From: Candidatus Omnitrophota bacterium
GTDB taxonomy: Bacteria > Omnitrophota > Omnitrophia > Omnitrophales > Aquincolibacteriaceae
Length of the DNA: 64,000 bases
Assembly: GCA_023247035.1 (NCBI GenBank)
Contig: JAHFHG010000005.1
Span: forward strand, 7,515 to 71,514
Direction: 5' to 3'
The stretch's first letter is position 1, and each line of letters begins with the position of its first letter. Under the pieces are notes generated by a model. It saw only the letters and a list, made by a program, of their open reading frames with translations. It was not told where the DNA came from and did no database searches. Below, piece by piece: positions 39,707-53,361 of the stretch. Made by a program: the position numbers and the translations under genes.

Positions 39707-41542
39707 TCAAAGCGCCGTTTCTGAAGATGAGCGAAGAACCTTTTCGGATTCAAGCAGGGCCAGGATTTTCTTGGCGTTTTTATTGACCGCATCTTGAGGA
39801 TCTAAGTTTAAATCGACAATCCCTTCCCGGAAACTATTCTCTCCCACGTTTACAATAAACATATCCGCGCGGTCCGCCACTTCCTGCAGCAGTCTCAGCT
39901 CCTCATCATTAAGATTGCTGGCGGTTGCAAGAACGATCAAGCCCGCATCCATCAGAAGGTGCGAGACTTCCCCGAGCCGGCGGACGTGCTCTCTTCGCGC
40001 GGAGCGGTCTTTTTCAAGATCCGCGTCCAGCCCGCGCAGCAGATTGCCAATGCCTAAAAAATATGTTTTTGCCTCTCGTTCAAAGAGGATTTTTTCCACT
40101 TCCTTGGCGATCGATTTTTTGTCGACCCCGACTTTCCCGGTGAGCAGGATCAGCTTGGGGCGGTGGCCGTAGCGGGCCTCGCGTGCCTTGGGATCTACAA
40201 TGCTGAAATCCCATTTCATTTCGCGCTTCTGGACCTGTTCCCGGACCTCAGCCTGATCATCTTTGACCAGGGCGGAAATAATCCCTCCGCCCGAAATATC
40301 ATATTTGTCCACGATCACGAACCGGCCGGTGGCTTCGATGCTGCTTGCGAGATCAAAGGCGACCGGCGAAGCGCACTCCAGAATAACTTGCGCGACGTCG
40401 TGCCGGTCAATGCGGTTTTTTTTTCTTTTTTTCAGATCCGAGGCGTCGATAATTTTTTTGATCTTCCGGAGCCGCGCCGGGACCTTGGCGGCCGCGATCT
40501 TCAATTGGTATTCCTTATCAAGGGCCATAGGCTCCTTGCCCATCCAGAAAATTTCCGCCTGGATCAGCGTGCTGACCCACGGGGGAGGCTCCTCGAGCTT
40601 GCACATCATGTCCCCGCGGTTGATATAGATCTGCTCCTTCAAGGTGAAGCCCGCCGAATAACCGGCCGCTGTCTTTTTGCGCGGCGCCGCATTGAATGCT
40701 TCGATCGATTTGATTTCCGAACGCTTGTTGGAAGGCAGAAAAACCACCTTGTCTCCGGCCGCGATCGAGCCGGATTCGATCTTACCGGCAATGATCCTCC
40801 GGTCGTCCCCGGCTTCGGTGAATTTGTAGACCGCCTGCACCGGCATACGGAAGGGTTTTTCCTCAAGGCTCTTGGCGTTTTCAAAAGAATCCAGCACCTC
40901 AAGAATCGATTCCCCTGAAAACCATGCAAATTTGGGTTGTTCGGGCAGAATATTTATGCCTTTAAGGGCGGAGATCGGAATAAAGAATTTGGGTTCGATA
41001 TCAATTTGCTTCAAAAATTTCCGGTATTCATTCTCAATCTTTCTAAAAACTTTTTCGTCATTGCCGACAAGATCCATTTTGTTGATGCAAACCGCGATCT
41101 GGCGAATGCCCAACATGGAAAGCAGATAACCGTGCCGGCGGGAATTTTCCTGCACGCCCTCCTTGGCGTCGATCACAAGCAGGGCCGCCTCGGCGCGCGC
41201 CGCGCCGCTCACCATATTTTTGAGGAATTCAATATGCCCCGGCGCGTCAATGATGAGGTATTCCCTCTTCCGGCTCCTGAAAAAACAACGGGCGCTGTCA
41301 ATGGTGATCCCTTGAGCTTGCTCATCTTTAAGGGCGTCTAAAAGAAAGGCGTACTCAAAAGGTTTGGCGTTTCGGGCGCACTCCGCGCGGACCTGTTCCA
41401 GCTTGCCTTGGGGAAGAGAACCGGTGTCGTGAAGGAGCCGGCCGATCACCGTGCTCTTGCCGTGATCCACGTGGCCGACAATCACGATATTCATTTTTTC
41501 ATTTGAAGATTTTTTCATAGCGGAATGGGCGGGCCGGCTCAC
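39707..41542 (-). CDS. cysN: Sulfate adenylyltransferase large subunit with degenerate APS-kinase C-terminal domain
   Basis: [27 protein letters not shown]; C-terminal [11 protein letters not shown]...DAGLIV. Confidence 0.92.
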   Translation of the reverse strand: MSRPAHSAMKKSSNEKMNIVIVGHVDHGKSTVIGRLLHDTGSLPQGKLEQVRAECARNAKPFEYAFLLDALKDEQAQGITIDSARCFFRSRKREYLIIDAPGHIEFLKNMVSGAARAEAALLVIDAKEGVQENSRRHGYLLSMLGIRQIAVCINKMDLVGNDEKVFRKIENEYRKFLKQIDIEPKFFIPISALKGINILPEQPKFAWFSGESILEVLDSFENAKSLEEKPFRMPVQAVYKFTEAGDDRRIIAGKIESGSIAAGDKVVFLPSNKRSEIKSIEAFNAAPRKKTAAGYSAGFTLKEQIYINRGDMMCKLEEPPPWVSTLIQAEIFWMGKEPMALDKEYQLKIAAAKVPARLRKIKKIIDASDLKKRKKNRIDRHDVAQVILECASPVAFDLASSIEATGRFVIVDKYDISGGGIISALVKDDQAEVREQVQKREMKWDFSIVDPKAREARYGHRPKLILLTGKVGVDKKSIAKEVEKILFEREAKTYFLGIGNLLRGLDADLEKDRSARREHVRRLGEVSHLLMDAGLIVLATASNLNDEELRLLQEVADRADMFIVNVGENSFREGIVDLNLDPQDAVNKNAKKILALLESEKVLRSSSETAL

Positions 41543-42420
41543 ATATAACCTTCGCGGCGCAGGGTCTCGAGTCCGCCGCCGTCTTCTTTATCCTGCGCGC
41601 GGCCGGCTCGTTCGGCCACATGGGCGAATTTTCCGGTCTTGAGCTCGGCGATAATTTCTTTCACGTTTTTAGCGGTCGATGGAACGGGAAACGTGCACGG
41701 GTAGCAGCCGAGCGACCGGTACCTTTCCCCTTTTCCGTGATCAAAATAAAGAGAAACGACCGGGATGTTCTCGCGGTCAATGTATTCCCAAATATTCAGT
41801 TCCGTCCAATCCAGAAGCGGATGGATCCGGACGTGGGTCCCTGGAGCGAAATCCGTTTTAAATTGGTTCCAAAGTTCGGGCGGCTGGTCTCCGACATTCC
41901 AATCGCTTCGCTTATCGCGCGGTGAAAAATACCGCTCCTTTGAGCGGCTTCCCTCTTCATCCGAACGCACTCCGACAATGACGCCGGTATAAGGCTCTTT
42001 ATTTTTATCCGGGACATATTTTTTCTGCCGATGATCCAGCCGGTAGCGCGTCCACTGGCCGGATAACGTATTCCTCAAGGCGTCTGTTTTAAGCGTCCGG
42101 CAGCAGGAGATCCTGTCCAGCGCGCCGTCGGGAAAGGTCTGCTTCTCGCGGAGCGCCTGTTCATTTTGCCCGTAAATCATATTCAGCTTCCACTCCAGGG
42201 CCAGCTTGTCGCGGTATTGAATCATTTCAGGAATTTTATAGGCGGTATCAATATGCGCCAGCGGAAAAGGGACGTGGCCGAAAAACGCCTTGCGGGCAAG
42301 CCATAAGAGGACTGTGCTGTCTTTGCCGATGGACCACAGCATTGCGAGGTTTTTAAATTGGCTGTAGGCCTCCCGCAAGATATAAACGGACTGGCTTTCG
42401 AGTTTTTCTAAATGATCCAT
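41539..42420 (-). CDS. cysD: Sulfate adenylyltransferase small subunit
   Basis: [37 protein letters not shown]. Confidence 0.96.
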   Translation of the reverse strand: MDHLEKLESQSVYILREAYSQFKNLAMLWSIGKDSTVLLWLARKAFFGHVPFPLAHIDTAYKIPEMIQYRDKLALEWKLNMIYGQNEQALREKQTFPDGALDRISCCRTLKTDALRNTLSGQWTRYRLDHRQKKYVPDKNKEPYTGVIVGVRSDEEGSRSKERYFSPRDKRSDWNVGDQPPELWNQFKTDFAPGTHVRIHPLLDWTELNIWEYIDRENIPVVSLYFDHGKGERYRSLGCYPCTFPVPSTAKNVKEIIAELKTGKFAHVAERAGRAQDKEDGGGLETLRREGYM

Positions 42421-42442
42421 CTTCTCCCTCAGAAAAGGCCGT

Positions 42443-42451
42443 ATTATAACA
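42443..42451 (-). promoter_or_regulatory. Putative extended -10 promoter of cysDN
   Basis: TGTTATAAT on minus strand ~22 nt upstream of the ATG. Confidence 0.55.
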
Positions 42452-42752
42452 TAATTCCGCTTGAGATCTCGCGCAGGGATAGAAGGCTATTAGCATAAGG
42501 AAGTTTTTTTCAGCGTCATTCTTATTCGAAAGGCGAGAAAGCGGAAAAAATAACACGGCTGGGGGGAAAAATGCAAACCACGAAAAACTGCCGGAACCCT
42601 GAACCAAGTCCTGGTTTATCGCGTGGAGTCGAAAGGGCTCATTCGTTAAGAACCTAAGACTCGCTGCGCCTGCTGGCAGGCAGATTCGCTCAGGATAAGG
42701 CCCCGTTTGTAGAGATCAAGAATTTCCGAGGACTCAAATCATATAAGATCGG

Positions 42753-42843
42753 CGGAGAGTGAGCGATTCGAACGCTCGAGGGCGGCTTTCACCACCCCAG
42801 CGGTTTAGCAAACCGCCGCCTTAGACCACTCGGCCAACTCTCC
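42753..42843 (-). tRNA. tRNA-Ser(GCT)
   Basis: Acceptor GGAGAGT/ACTCTCC, anticodon arm GCGGT-TTGCTAA-ACCGC, long variable arm, GTTCGAAT, G discriminator; CCA not encoded. Confidence 0.95.
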
Positions 42844-42907
42844 GCGATAAGAGGAATGGGAAACAAAAAATAAATCAGAGGGCAAGTCCCTCCAGATCGA
42901 ATAATAT

Positions 42908-42990
42908 CGGAGGGCGAGGGACTCGAACCCCCAAGTCCTCGCGGACGGCGGTTTTCAAGACCGCTGCCATACCAGTTAGGCGAGCCCTCC
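42908..42990 (-). tRNA. tRNA-Ser(TGA)
   Basis: Acceptor GGAGGGC/GCCCTCC, anticodon arm GCGGT-CTTGAAA-ACCGC, variable arm, GTTCGAGT, G discriminator; CCA not encoded. Confidence 0.95.
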
Positions 42991-43113
42991 TAAAATCAGT
43001 TTGACGGATCGGAAACGATTTCCCCGCCAAACTTCGCGGCGGGCGCTCGTCCCCTCTTTCTTGTTAAGATTATCGCGGATTTCACCGCGAATTTCAGCAG
43101 AAAGTTTAGAAAT

Positions 43114-44406
43114 TTATCCTAACCGCGATTCCAGATAAGGCCTTAGCGCTTTCGGGAATTGTTCCGCGCTTCGGATCCCGTCTCGGGTCTGGATATTTTC
43201 AAGGAGGCATAAGACAATCCGCGCCAGCGCCAGGCCCGAACCGTTTAGCGTGTGAACGTACTCCGGTTTCTGATTCGCCCGGCGCCTGAATCGAATGTTC
43301 ATCCGGCGCGCCTGAAAATCCCCAAAAACACTGCAGCTTGAAACCTCAAACCATTTCTCCGTCGCCGGCGCCCACACTTCCAAGTCGTAACATTTTTCCG
43401 CCGCGAAGCTCAAATCCCCGCTCCCAAGCAGGACGACACGATAAGGCAGCTCGAGGGCCTGCAAAACCTCCTCCGCGTCTTTGACTAAGAATTCCAGCTC
43501 GGCCTGGGAGTCTTCCGGCTTCACAAATTTCACAAGCTCGATCTTATCAAACTGATGGACCCGCGAAAGGCCGCGCGTCTCTTTTCCATAAGAGCCCGCC
43601 TCCCGTCTGAAACAGGGAGAGTAGGCCGTAAATTTTTTAGGCAGATTTTCTTCATTAAGAATTTCGTCGCGTAAAATATTGGTCACAGGAACTTCGGCCG
43701 TGGGGACAAGAAAAAAATCCTCGTCTTTTAACCGGTACATATCTTCTTCCATTTTGGGAAGCTGCCCCGTGCCGGTCATTGACTTGCGATTCACCAGCGC
43801 AGGCGGCCAAACCTCGGTATACCCGTGCTTCGTGGTGTGCCAATCAAGCATAAAATTGATCAAGGCCCTTTGGAGTCTCGCCCAAAGTCCAAAAAAGACC
43901 GGAAAACCGGAGCCCGTGATTTTGCTTCCTGTTTCCATTTGAAGACAGCCTATATCAACCGCCAGCTCTGCTAACTCCAGATGATCCCTAGGCTTAAAAT
44001 CAGTGAATTTTTTGGGTTCTCCCCAGGAGCGGACGATCTTGTTCCCGCTGGAACCTTTCGCCACAGGAACTGTATTATGTGGAATATTTGGGATGATTAA
44101 TAAAATTTTATCGGTTTCTAAAGAAATAAACCCCACTTCGTCATCAATTTCTTTTATTTTTTGGGATAATGTCTTTAAATCCCTTATAAGGGCTTCAGCC
44201 TCCGCGTTACGGCCTTCTTTTTTATAGCGGGCAATGGCGTCGTTGGCGTTGTTGCGCTGGGATTTGAGCTGCTCGACCTCGGCAAGGAGGCGCCGGCGCT
44301 GTTGATCCAGTTTTAGGAGGCGGTCAAGATCAAAGGGGGTATTTTTTGCGGCTAATCCGTTACGGACCTTCTCTGTATTTTCGCGTATCCACTTAAGATC
44401 AAGCAC
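43114..44406 (-). CDS. serS: Serine--tRNA ligase
   Basis: GTGQLPK, PTAEVP, FRREAGSYG, RVHQF, EVSSCS, HTLNGSGLA. Confidence 0.99.
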   Translation of the reverse strand: MLDLKWIRENTEKVRNGLAAKNTPFDLDRLLKLDQQRRRLLAEVEQLKSQRNNANDAIARYKKEGRNAEAEALIRDLKTLSQKIKEIDDEVGFISLETDKILLIIPNIPHNTVPVAKGSSGNKIVRSWGEPKKFTDFKPRDHLELAELAVDIGCLQMETGSKITGSGFPVFFGLWARLQRALINFMLDWHTTKHGYTEVWPPALVNRKSMTGTGQLPKMEEDMYRLKDEDFFLVPTAEVPVTNILRDEILNEENLPKKFTAYSPCFRREAGSYGKETRGLSRVHQFDKIELVKFVKPEDSQAELEFLVKDAEEVLQALELPYRVVLLGSGDLSFAAEKCYDLEVWAPATEKWFEVSSCSVFGDFQARRMNIRFRRRANQKPEYVHTLNGSGLALARIVLCLLENIQTRDGIRSAEQFPKALRPYLESRLG

Positions 44407-44424
44407 AGGTGAACTCCCCGCCGA

Positions 44425-46938
44425 TTATTTTTCCTCTTGCTCGTCTTCTTCCTGGAGTTCAAGCTGATCGGACCCCTCTGCGGATTCCGCTCCTTCTTTT
44501 TCGACGACGCGGATCGCGGCGGCGACGCGCTGCTTGTCTTTTAATCGAATGACGTGCACGCCCTGCGCGTTTCTTCCGGAAGTCCGAATCTGGCTCACGG
44601 GGCAGCGGACGACCATTCCGCCGGTGGTGACAATAACCAGTTCGTCTTCCTCGTGAACGGTCAGGACATTAACCACGGGACCGTTTTTCGACGTGACTTT
44701 GACATTAATAATTCCCTTCCCGCCGCGCGACTGGACGCGGTATTCTTTGAATTTCGTCTTCTTGCCAAAACCGAGCTCGGTCACGCTTAAGCACACCGCT
44801 TCAGAATCCGCAATCTCCATTGCGATCACTTCGTTTTTTTTCTCGAGCCGGATGCCGCGGACGCCCGAGGCGGTGCGGCCCATATCCCTGACTTGTTTTT
44901 CTGAAAAACGAATCGCCTTCCCGGTGCGTGTCGCAAGAAAGATTTCGTCTTTTCCGGACGTCAATTTACAGGATACAAGCTCATCTTTGTCGCGCAAAGT
45001 GATCGCGTTAATTCCCGTAGTGCGCGGATGGGAATAGTGAACAAGGTTCGTCTTTTTGATGATCCCGTTTTTGGTGGCCATCAGGACGTATTGTTTGTCA
45101 TTGAATTTTTTGACCTGAAGGAAACTTGAAATCTTCTCGTCCTGGCCCAGCGAAAGAAGATTCACAATAGCCTTGCCTCGCGCCTGTCGCGACGCCTGGG
45201 GAATTTCATAAGCCTTCCGCCAATAGACGCGGCCCTTATTCGTAAAAAAAAGGATCGAGTCGTGCGTAGAAGACAAAAACATGTGCTCGATAAAATCTTC
45301 CTCGTCCCGCATTCCGGCCCCCGTAACGCCCGTGCCGCCGCGGCGCTGCTTGCGGTACATCGAAACCGGAATCCGCTTGATATATCCGGCGTGCGAGATC
45401 GAGATCAAAACGTCCTCTTCGGCGATCAAATCCTCGATTTCAATTTCTTCTTCCGCGGCCACAATCTGGGTCCGCCTTTCATCGCCGTATTTTTTAGCCA
45501 ATTCTTCGCATTCGGCCCTTACGATTTCCAGCACCCTTTTGCGGCTTTTGAGCACCGCGCGGTAATCTTCGATTTTTTTGATCAGCCCCAAGTATTCCTC
45601 GTCGATCTTCTCCCGCTCAAGGGCCGTCAGCCGCTGGAGCTGCATTTCCAAAATCGCCTGCGCCTGGACTTCCGTAAGTTTAAAATTCTCCAGTAAGCCT
45701 TGTTTCGCGGCCTCCGGGCTTTTTGAAGCGCGGATCACCTTGATGACTTTATCCAGATTCGCAATCGCGATCTTGAGGCCTTCTAAAATGTGCGCGCGCT
45801 TTTCGGCCTTTTCCAGCTCGAAGCGGGTACGCCGGATCACCACCTCCACGCGGAATTCTATAAAATGCTCAATCGCCTGTTTGATCGTCAGCACGCGCGG
45901 CTGGCCGTCGACCAAGGCCAGCATAATCACGCCGAAGGTTTCCTGCATCTGAGTGTGTTTGTAGAGCTGGTTCAGAACAATCTGAGGCACGGCGTCGCGC
46001 TTGATTTCGATCACCGCCCTCATTCCGTCGCGGTCCGATTCGTCGCGGATATCGTGGATGCCTTCTATTTTTTTGGCCTCCACTAAATGCGCTATCGACT
46101 GAATCAAATTGGCCTTGTTGACCTGGTAAGGGATTTCCGTAATGACAATCGCGTCTTTTTTCGTTTTCGAAGTTTCGATCACGGCCTTCGCGCGCACCAC
46201 GATCCGGCCGCGCCCCGTCTCTTGAGCGCTCCTGATCCCGTCTCTTCCCAAAATCAATCCGCCCGTCGGAAAGTCAGGGCCTTTGATAATCTTGGAAAGT
46301 TCCTTGATCGTGACTGCGGGATTTTCAATCGTGGCGATAATTCCCGACACGATTTCTCTAAGGTTGTGCGGCGGCACATTCGTCGCCATTCCCACCGCGA
46401 TTCCGCTCGATCCGTTGACTAAAAGACTGGGCAGGCGCGCGGGCAGAAGCGTCGGCTCTTCCAAGGACTCGTCGAAATTCGGCGTGAAACTCACCGTCTC
46501 CTTGTCGATGTCCGTCAGAAGCTCGTTGCTGATCGCTGAAAGCCGTGCCTCGGTATACCGCATCGCCGCGGGATTGTCGCCGTCGATCGATCCGAAATTC
46601 CCCTGGCCTTCGACGAGCGGGTAGCGCAGGGAAAAATCCTGGACCATCCTCACCAGCGCGTCATAAACCGCCATATCGCCGTGCGGGTGATATTTCCCGA
46701 GCACTTCTCCGACGATACGCGCCGCTTTTTTATAAGGCCTATTGTGCGCCAGCCCCAATTCATTCATCGCATAAAGAATGCGGCGGTGAACGGGCTTGAG
46801 CCCGTCGCGGACATCCGGCAAAGCCCGGCCGACAATGACGGACATTGCGTAGTCAATGTATGAATGCCGCATTTCGTCTTCGATTGGGGTCGGGACTATT
46901 TTTTCATTCATTGCGTAAAGATTCATATCGTCGGGCAT
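44425..46938 (-). CDS. gyrA: DNA gyrase subunit A
   Basis: [29 protein letters not shown], GyrA-box QRRGGTG. Confidence 0.99.
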   Translation of the reverse strand: MPDDMNLYAMNEKIVPTPIEDEMRHSYIDYAMSVIVGRALPDVRDGLKPVHRRILYAMNELGLAHNRPYKKAARIVGEVLGKYHPHGDMAVYDALVRMVQDFSLRYPLVEGQGNFGSIDGDNPAAMRYTEARLSAISNELLTDIDKETVSFTPNFDESLEEPTLLPARLPSLLVNGSSGIAVGMATNVPPHNLREIVSGIIATIENPAVTIKELSKIIKGPDFPTGGLILGRDGIRSAQETGRGRIVVRAKAVIETSKTKKDAIVITEIPYQVNKANLIQSIAHLVEAKKIEGIHDIRDESDRDGMRAVIEIKRDAVPQIVLNQLYKHTQMQETFGVIMLALVDGQPRVLTIKQAIEHFIEFRVEVVIRRTRFELEKAEKRAHILEGLKIAIANLDKVIKVIRASKSPEAAKQGLLENFKLTEVQAQAILEMQLQRLTALEREKIDEEYLGLIKKIEDYRAVLKSRKRVLEIVRAECEELAKKYGDERRTQIVAAEEEIEIEDLIAEEDVLISISHAGYIKRIPVSMYRKQRRGGTGVTGAGMRDEEDFIEHMFLSSTHDSILFFTNKGRVYWRKAYEIPQASRQARGKAIVNLLSLGQDEKISSFLQVKKFNDKQYVLMATKNGIIKKTNLVHYSHPRTTGINAITLRDKDELVSCKLTSGKDEIFLATRTGKAIRFSEKQVRDMGRTASGVRGIRLEKKNEVIAMEIADSEAVCLSVTELGFGKKTKFKEYRVQSRGGKGIINVKVTSKNGPVVNVLTVHEEDELVIVTTGGMVVRCPVSQIRTSGRNAQGVHVIRLKDKQRVAAAIRVVEKEGAESAEGSDQLELQEEDEQEEK

Positions 46939-47055
46939 ATATAATTCCTATTTTATTCTCTCGTTTAAAGGATTCTCAAAATTGTCGTGGGGCTTCGCCG
47001 CTGGGTTCTCGCGATGACGCAAGATAAGGTTTTTATTCGCAGGCCCTGCAGCGCA

Positions 47056-49560
<2,505 letters not shown>

Positions 49561-49585
49561 TTAACCTTTTTGGTAAATTCATGTT

Positions 49586-49876
49586 CTAACGAAGCTGGCC
49601 CACATAAATGCGGACGGTTTTAACTTCTTCTCCCAGCTCCGCCTGTGCGCGCTTTAAAAGCGTGCGTTTGTATCTTTGATTGAGTTCAAAGGCCAAAGCC
49701 GCCTGTTCGACCCAAACGGAGAGCTCACCGTTTTTTCCCAGGCAAGGCTTGGTGCAGGAACTGATTTTAGAGCCCGCAATGCTCGGCCATTTTTCCACAA
49801 GCCGGCTTCTTTTCAGCGCCAAAGGGGTCATTAAATTTTGAAAAACCGCGGGCAGAATATCTTTGACGGCCTGCAT
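49586..49876 (-). CDS. dciA: DciA/DUF721 family protein
   Basis: W..IAG..I...T.P, LSVWV..AALAFEL; position between dnaN and gyrB. Confidence 0.8.
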   Translation of the reverse strand: MQAVKDILPAVFQNLMTPLALKRSRLVEKWPSIAGSKISSCTKPCLGKNGELSVWVEQAALAFELNQRYKRTLLKRAQAELGEEVKTVRIYVGQLR

Positions 49877-50976
49877 TAATTCAATTGCATAGGCATCACC
49901 ACGTAGAGATACCCGTCCTTTCCGCGCACAAGGCCCGGCTTATCGGGATCGGTCAGCGAGAGAGAGATTGTTTCAATATCCAGATTTTTTAAGACATCAA
50001 TAAGATAGTGAGGATTAAACCCTATCGCAACTTCATCGCCCGTCACCTCGGCGGGAAGCTCTTCTTTGGCCTCGCCAAGATTCGGCGAGCGCGAAGAGAC
50101 AAGGATTTTGCCACGGATAAAATCCAGTTTGACGGCGGGTGAATCAGGCGAAGTCAGAAGCGCTGTTCTTCGTATCGCCTGGAGAAACTCCTCCCGATTT
50201 GCGGATGAAGTTGTTTTTTCCGTCTTGGGGATAACCTGTTCATAATTTGGAAAATGCCCTTCGATAAGCCGGGAAAACAACTGAGTTTCTCCTAAATTGA
50301 AAATGGCCTGATTTTGAGAAAAAACAATTTGCATTGTCCCTTCCCAAGCAAGCAATTTAAGAAGTTCTTGCACAGCCTTCACAGGGACAATCATCTCGAA
50401 GTGGCGATTATTTTTATTCTTAAACTCTTTTTCAATATAAGCCAGCCGGCGGCCGTCTGTGGAGACAAAGCGGATTTGATTCCCTTTGACTGAAATAAGA
50501 ACTCCATTTAAAACATAACGTGTTTCATCGTAAGAAATTGCAAAGGAAGTTAATCCGAGGCTTTCTTTAACTAAGGACTGCTCAATTTCTATTGCGTCTT
50601 CGCTGGACCATTCGGGGAATTTTGGATAATCCTCTTTGGCCAGGCCCATAATTTTAAAATACGCGGTTCCTGACTTGATATTAACGGCATTGTTTTTCGC
50701 AACTGTAATCTCAATCTCTCCTTCGGGAAGTTCGCGCACAATTTCATAAATTTTTTTAGAGGGAATGGTAATACTTCCAGGTTTGATCACGTGCGCGGGA
50801 ATATTTGTGGAAATCCCAACCTCTAAATCTGTGCCGATCACTCGAAGAGTATCTTGAGTCACGGTCTCAAAGAGAATATTTCCTAAAATAGGGAGTGTGT
50901 TTGTTCGCTGAGAAGCAACGTTTGAAACGTTCCCCAACACCTTTGAAAGGGTGTTCTTTAAAATCTTAATCTCCAT
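49876..50976 (-). CDS. dnaN: DNA polymerase III beta clamp
   Basis: LPILGN, TDLE, STDGRRL, SRLIEGHFPNY, FNPHYL, VVMPM. Confidence 0.98.
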   Translation of the reverse strand: MEIKILKNTLSKVLGNVSNVASQRTNTLPILGNILFETVTQDTLRVIGTDLEVGISTNIPAHVIKPGSITIPSKKIYEIVRELPEGEIEITVAKNNAVNIKSGTAYFKIMGLAKEDYPKFPEWSSEDAIEIEQSLVKESLGLTSFAISYDETRYVLNGVLISVKGNQIRFVSTDGRRLAYIEKEFKNKNNRHFEMIVPVKAVQELLKLLAWEGTMQIVFSQNQAIFNLGETQLFSRLIEGHFPNYEQVIPKTEKTTSSANREEFLQAIRRTALLTSPDSPAVKLDFIRGKILVSSRSPNLGEAKEELPAEVTGDEVAIGFNPHYLIDVLKNLDIETISLSLTDPDKPGLVRGKDGYLYVVMPMQLN

Positions 50977-51114
50977 AAATATTCTCCTTTGTTTCTAATA
51001 AGACTTTATATTTTAACAAAATAGTCGTCATAATAATAGGCTTTGTTTGTATGTGGATAAATATTTTAACTTGTTTTAAACATTAAAGTTATAAAAATTA
51101 AAAGTTGTGGATAA
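50977..51114. other. oriC unwinding region (DnaA boxes, DnaA-trios, AT-rich DUE)
   Basis: Perfect TGTGGATAA at 51052-51060 and 51106-51114; TAG-TCG-TCA-TAA-TAA-TAG-GC at 51022-51041; very AT-rich; gene-strand switch nearby. Confidence 0.88.
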
Positions 51115-52509
51115 TTAACCCCTTCTTTTCAACAAATCCACAAGCTCCTCAATTTGTCTTTTGGTTTGTATATTCTGTTTAACCTCGGCGCCAAGTTTAT
51201 TAAAAGCATGAAGCACGGTTGTGTGGTCCCTTCCCCCAAAATATTCCCCAATTTCAGGCAAAGAATGAGTTGTTACCGACCGAATCAAATACATTGCAAT
51301 TTGACGGGGCCTGACGATTGACCGGTTGCGTCTTTTAGCTCTTAAATCGGAAACCTTCAAATGGAAGTAGTCGGCCACAATGCGCTGAATTTGTTCCATA
51401 CTGATTTTTTGTTCTTCTTCTTTCAAGGAATCCCGTAAGATTTCTTGGGCAAGTTTGAGATTAAGCGCCTTTCCGGTAAGCGTGCAGTAAGCCACCACGC
51501 GGATAAGGGCCCCTTCCAGCTCCCTGATATTCGACCGGATTTTGCTGGCGATAAAAAAGGCGACATCATCCGGAACAACCACCGTTTCCTTTTCCATTTT
51601 TTTTCTCAGGATAGCCACCCGAGTCTCGAAATCAGGAGGTTGAATATCGGTCACCAATCCCCAGCTAAACCGCGAAACAAGGCGCTCTTCTAATCCGGGA
51701 ATATCTTTGGGCGGGCGGTCGCTGGAAACAATGATTTGTTTGTGGGCATCGTAGAGCGTATTGAAGGTGTGAAAAAACTCTTCCTGCGTCGCTTCTTTTT
51801 CCGCGATAAAGTGGATGTCGTCGATCAACAAAAGATCCAGCGTCCGGTATTTATTCCGGAACTGGTGCGTGGAGCGGTTCTGAATGGCTGTGATGAGCTG
51901 GTTGGTGAATTTCTCGCTTGAAATATAAAGCACACGGAAATCCGGGCAGCGTTTTTTAATCTCGTGGGCGATGGCTTGCATCAAATGAGTTTTTCCTAAA
52001 CCCACGGGGCCGTAAATAAAGAGAGGATTATACTGGCGCGCCGGCGCTTGGCAAACGGCCAGGGCCGCGGCGTGGCCAAAACGATTGCTGGGCCCCACCA
52101 CAAAATTTTCGAAAGTATAATGGCTGTTCAACGCGCTGTCGGGCGCATCCCCGTAAGAGCGGCTCTTTGCCGCCTCATTATTTTTGACTGACGCCGAACG
52201 CGGCGGCTCGACAATTTTATATTTGATTTGAAGCGCCGCTCCAAGCGTTTCTTCAACCGCGCTGGAAATCAGGTTTTCATAATGAGTCTTGAGCCAATGC
52301 CCATAATAACTATCAGGCACGCTTAGCGTTATAGAATTTCCGTCCAGATCCAGACAGCGCACAGGCTCAAGCCACGTCTTGAAGGATTGTTCACTGAGCT
52401 CTCGGGCCAAAACTTGCCTGATTTTGTTCCAGGCATTGAGGAACCGTTCAGCCTTTTTTACGACGTCGGGCTGAACAGTTGATAAAGAGGGTATTGAGAA
52501 ATTATCCAC
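51115..52509 (-). CDS. dnaA: Chromosomal replication initiator
   Basis: YTFENFVVG, YNPLFIYGPVGLGKTHL, LLIDDI, QEEFFHTFN, GGRDHTTV. Confidence 0.99.
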   Translation of the reverse strand: MDNFSIPSLSTVQPDVVKKAERFLNAWNKIRQVLARELSEQSFKTWLEPVRCLDLDGNSITLSVPDSYYGHWLKTHYENLISSAVEETLGAALQIKYKIVEPPRSASVKNNEAAKSRSYGDAPDSALNSHYTFENFVVGPSNRFGHAAALAVCQAPARQYNPLFIYGPVGLGKTHLMQAIAHEIKKRCPDFRVLYISSEKFTNQLITAIQNRSTHQFRNKYRTLDLLLIDDIHFIAEKEATQEEFFHTFNTLYDAHKQIIVSSDRPPKDIPGLEERLVSRFSWGLVTDIQPPDFETRVAILRKKMEKETVVVPDDVAFFIASKIRSNIRELEGALIRVVAYCTLTGKALNLKLAQEILRDSLKEEEQKISMEQIQRIVADYFHLKVSDLRAKRRNRSIVRPRQIAMYLIRSVTTHSLPEIGEYFGGRDHTTVLHAFNKLGAEVKQNIQTKRQIEELVDLLKRRG

Positions 52510-52521
52510 AGCCTATCAACA
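52477..52521. promoter_or_regulatory. DnaA boxes at the dnaA 5' end
   Basis: Perfect TTATCCACA 52502-52510 overlapping the GTG start; weaker boxes at 52477-52485 and 52513-52521. Confidence 0.8.
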
Positions 52522-52620
52522 ACGGTTAACGAAGATAATTTTAGGAGATCCTAAAAAAAGACAGAAAAACCAAATGAATCCGCCGGAATTCAGGAGTTTC
52601 TTAAAAACCAGGGCGCGCAC

Positions 52621-52649
52621 ATTATCATCCGGCGTTTTGAAATTGTCCA
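52621..52649 (-). promoter_or_regulatory. Putative dnaA promoter
   Basis: TGGACA-N17-GATAAT on minus strand. Confidence 0.5.
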
Positions 52650-52731
52650 AGGATTTGTTCAATTCAATCCTGCCGGATTAACTGTAGCGGCGGGCGAGCC
52701 CGGGAAAAAAGAATAAAAAAACGCGAAATCG

Positions 52732-52759
52732 TTGATTCCGGTCTTCTTTTTGCTATAAT
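52732..52759 (+). promoter_or_regulatory. Putative rpmH operon promoter
   Basis: TTGATT-N16-TATAAT with extended TG. Confidence 0.65.
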
Positions 52760-52805
52760 CGCAAAACTTTATGAAAATCAGAAAGCGGGAAGATCATAAA
52801 ATCAA

Positions 52806-52949
52806 ATGAAGAGAACATATCAGCCCTCCAAAAGAAAAAGACGCAACAAGCACGGCTTCCTTAGCCGGACAAGGACTCAAGGAGGCCGCAAGGTTCTTCG
52901 CAGGCGGCGTAAAAAAGGAAGAAAACGCCTCATACCGATTTACTCCTAA
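52806..52949 (+). CDS. rpmH: 50S ribosomal protein L34 (not in ORF track)
   Basis: Manual translation [47 protein letters not shown]. Confidence 0.98.
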   Translation: MKRTYQPSKRKRRNKHGFLSRTRTQGGRKVLRRRRKKGRKRLIPIYS

Positions 52950-52995
52950 GGTCTTGTCATTAGAAGGAGATCAAAGCGCGCGATCGTTTTTGAAA

Positions 52996-53361
52996 ATGAG
53001 CCTTCCCTTACCGCGAAGTCAAAGGATTCGGAAGCAAGGGAATTTTCAGCTCATATTCAGCAAAGGAGAGTTTGCGAAGGGCGAGTTTCTTTTGATGTGG
53101 ACTTATCATTCTTCCAGAGATGCCAAGGGCGGCGCGGCGCCGAAAGTCGGCATTATCGTAAGCCGGAAAACAGACCGACGGGCGACCCGCAGGAATCTGT
53201 GGAAGCGAAGGATCCGGGAAGCCTTTCGGGAACTTCAGGTGAAGGTAAAAGAAAACGCCGAGATTCTTATCAAGTCCAGAGAATGCAATATGATACCTTC
53301 GTATCAGGAAATCAAGCGGGAATTGGAAACGCTTTTGCGCAAGACTGAGAGTCTAAAATAA
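52996..53361 (+). CDS. rnpA: Ribonuclease P protein component
   Basis: KVGIIVSRK, ATRRNLWKRRIRE; follows rpmH. Confidence 0.93.
   Translation: MSLPLPRSQRIRKQGNFQLIFSKGEFAKGEFLLMWTYHSSRDAKGGAAPKVGIIVSRKTDRRATRRNLWKRRIREAFRELQVKVKENAEILIKSRECNMIPSYQEIKRELETLLRKTESLK

Noticed and set aside
42908-42990. tRNA-Leu(CAA) or tRNA-Sec reading
   Set aside because: The 7-nt loop CTTGAAA centres on TGA; G discriminator and 7-bp acceptor stem fit Ser
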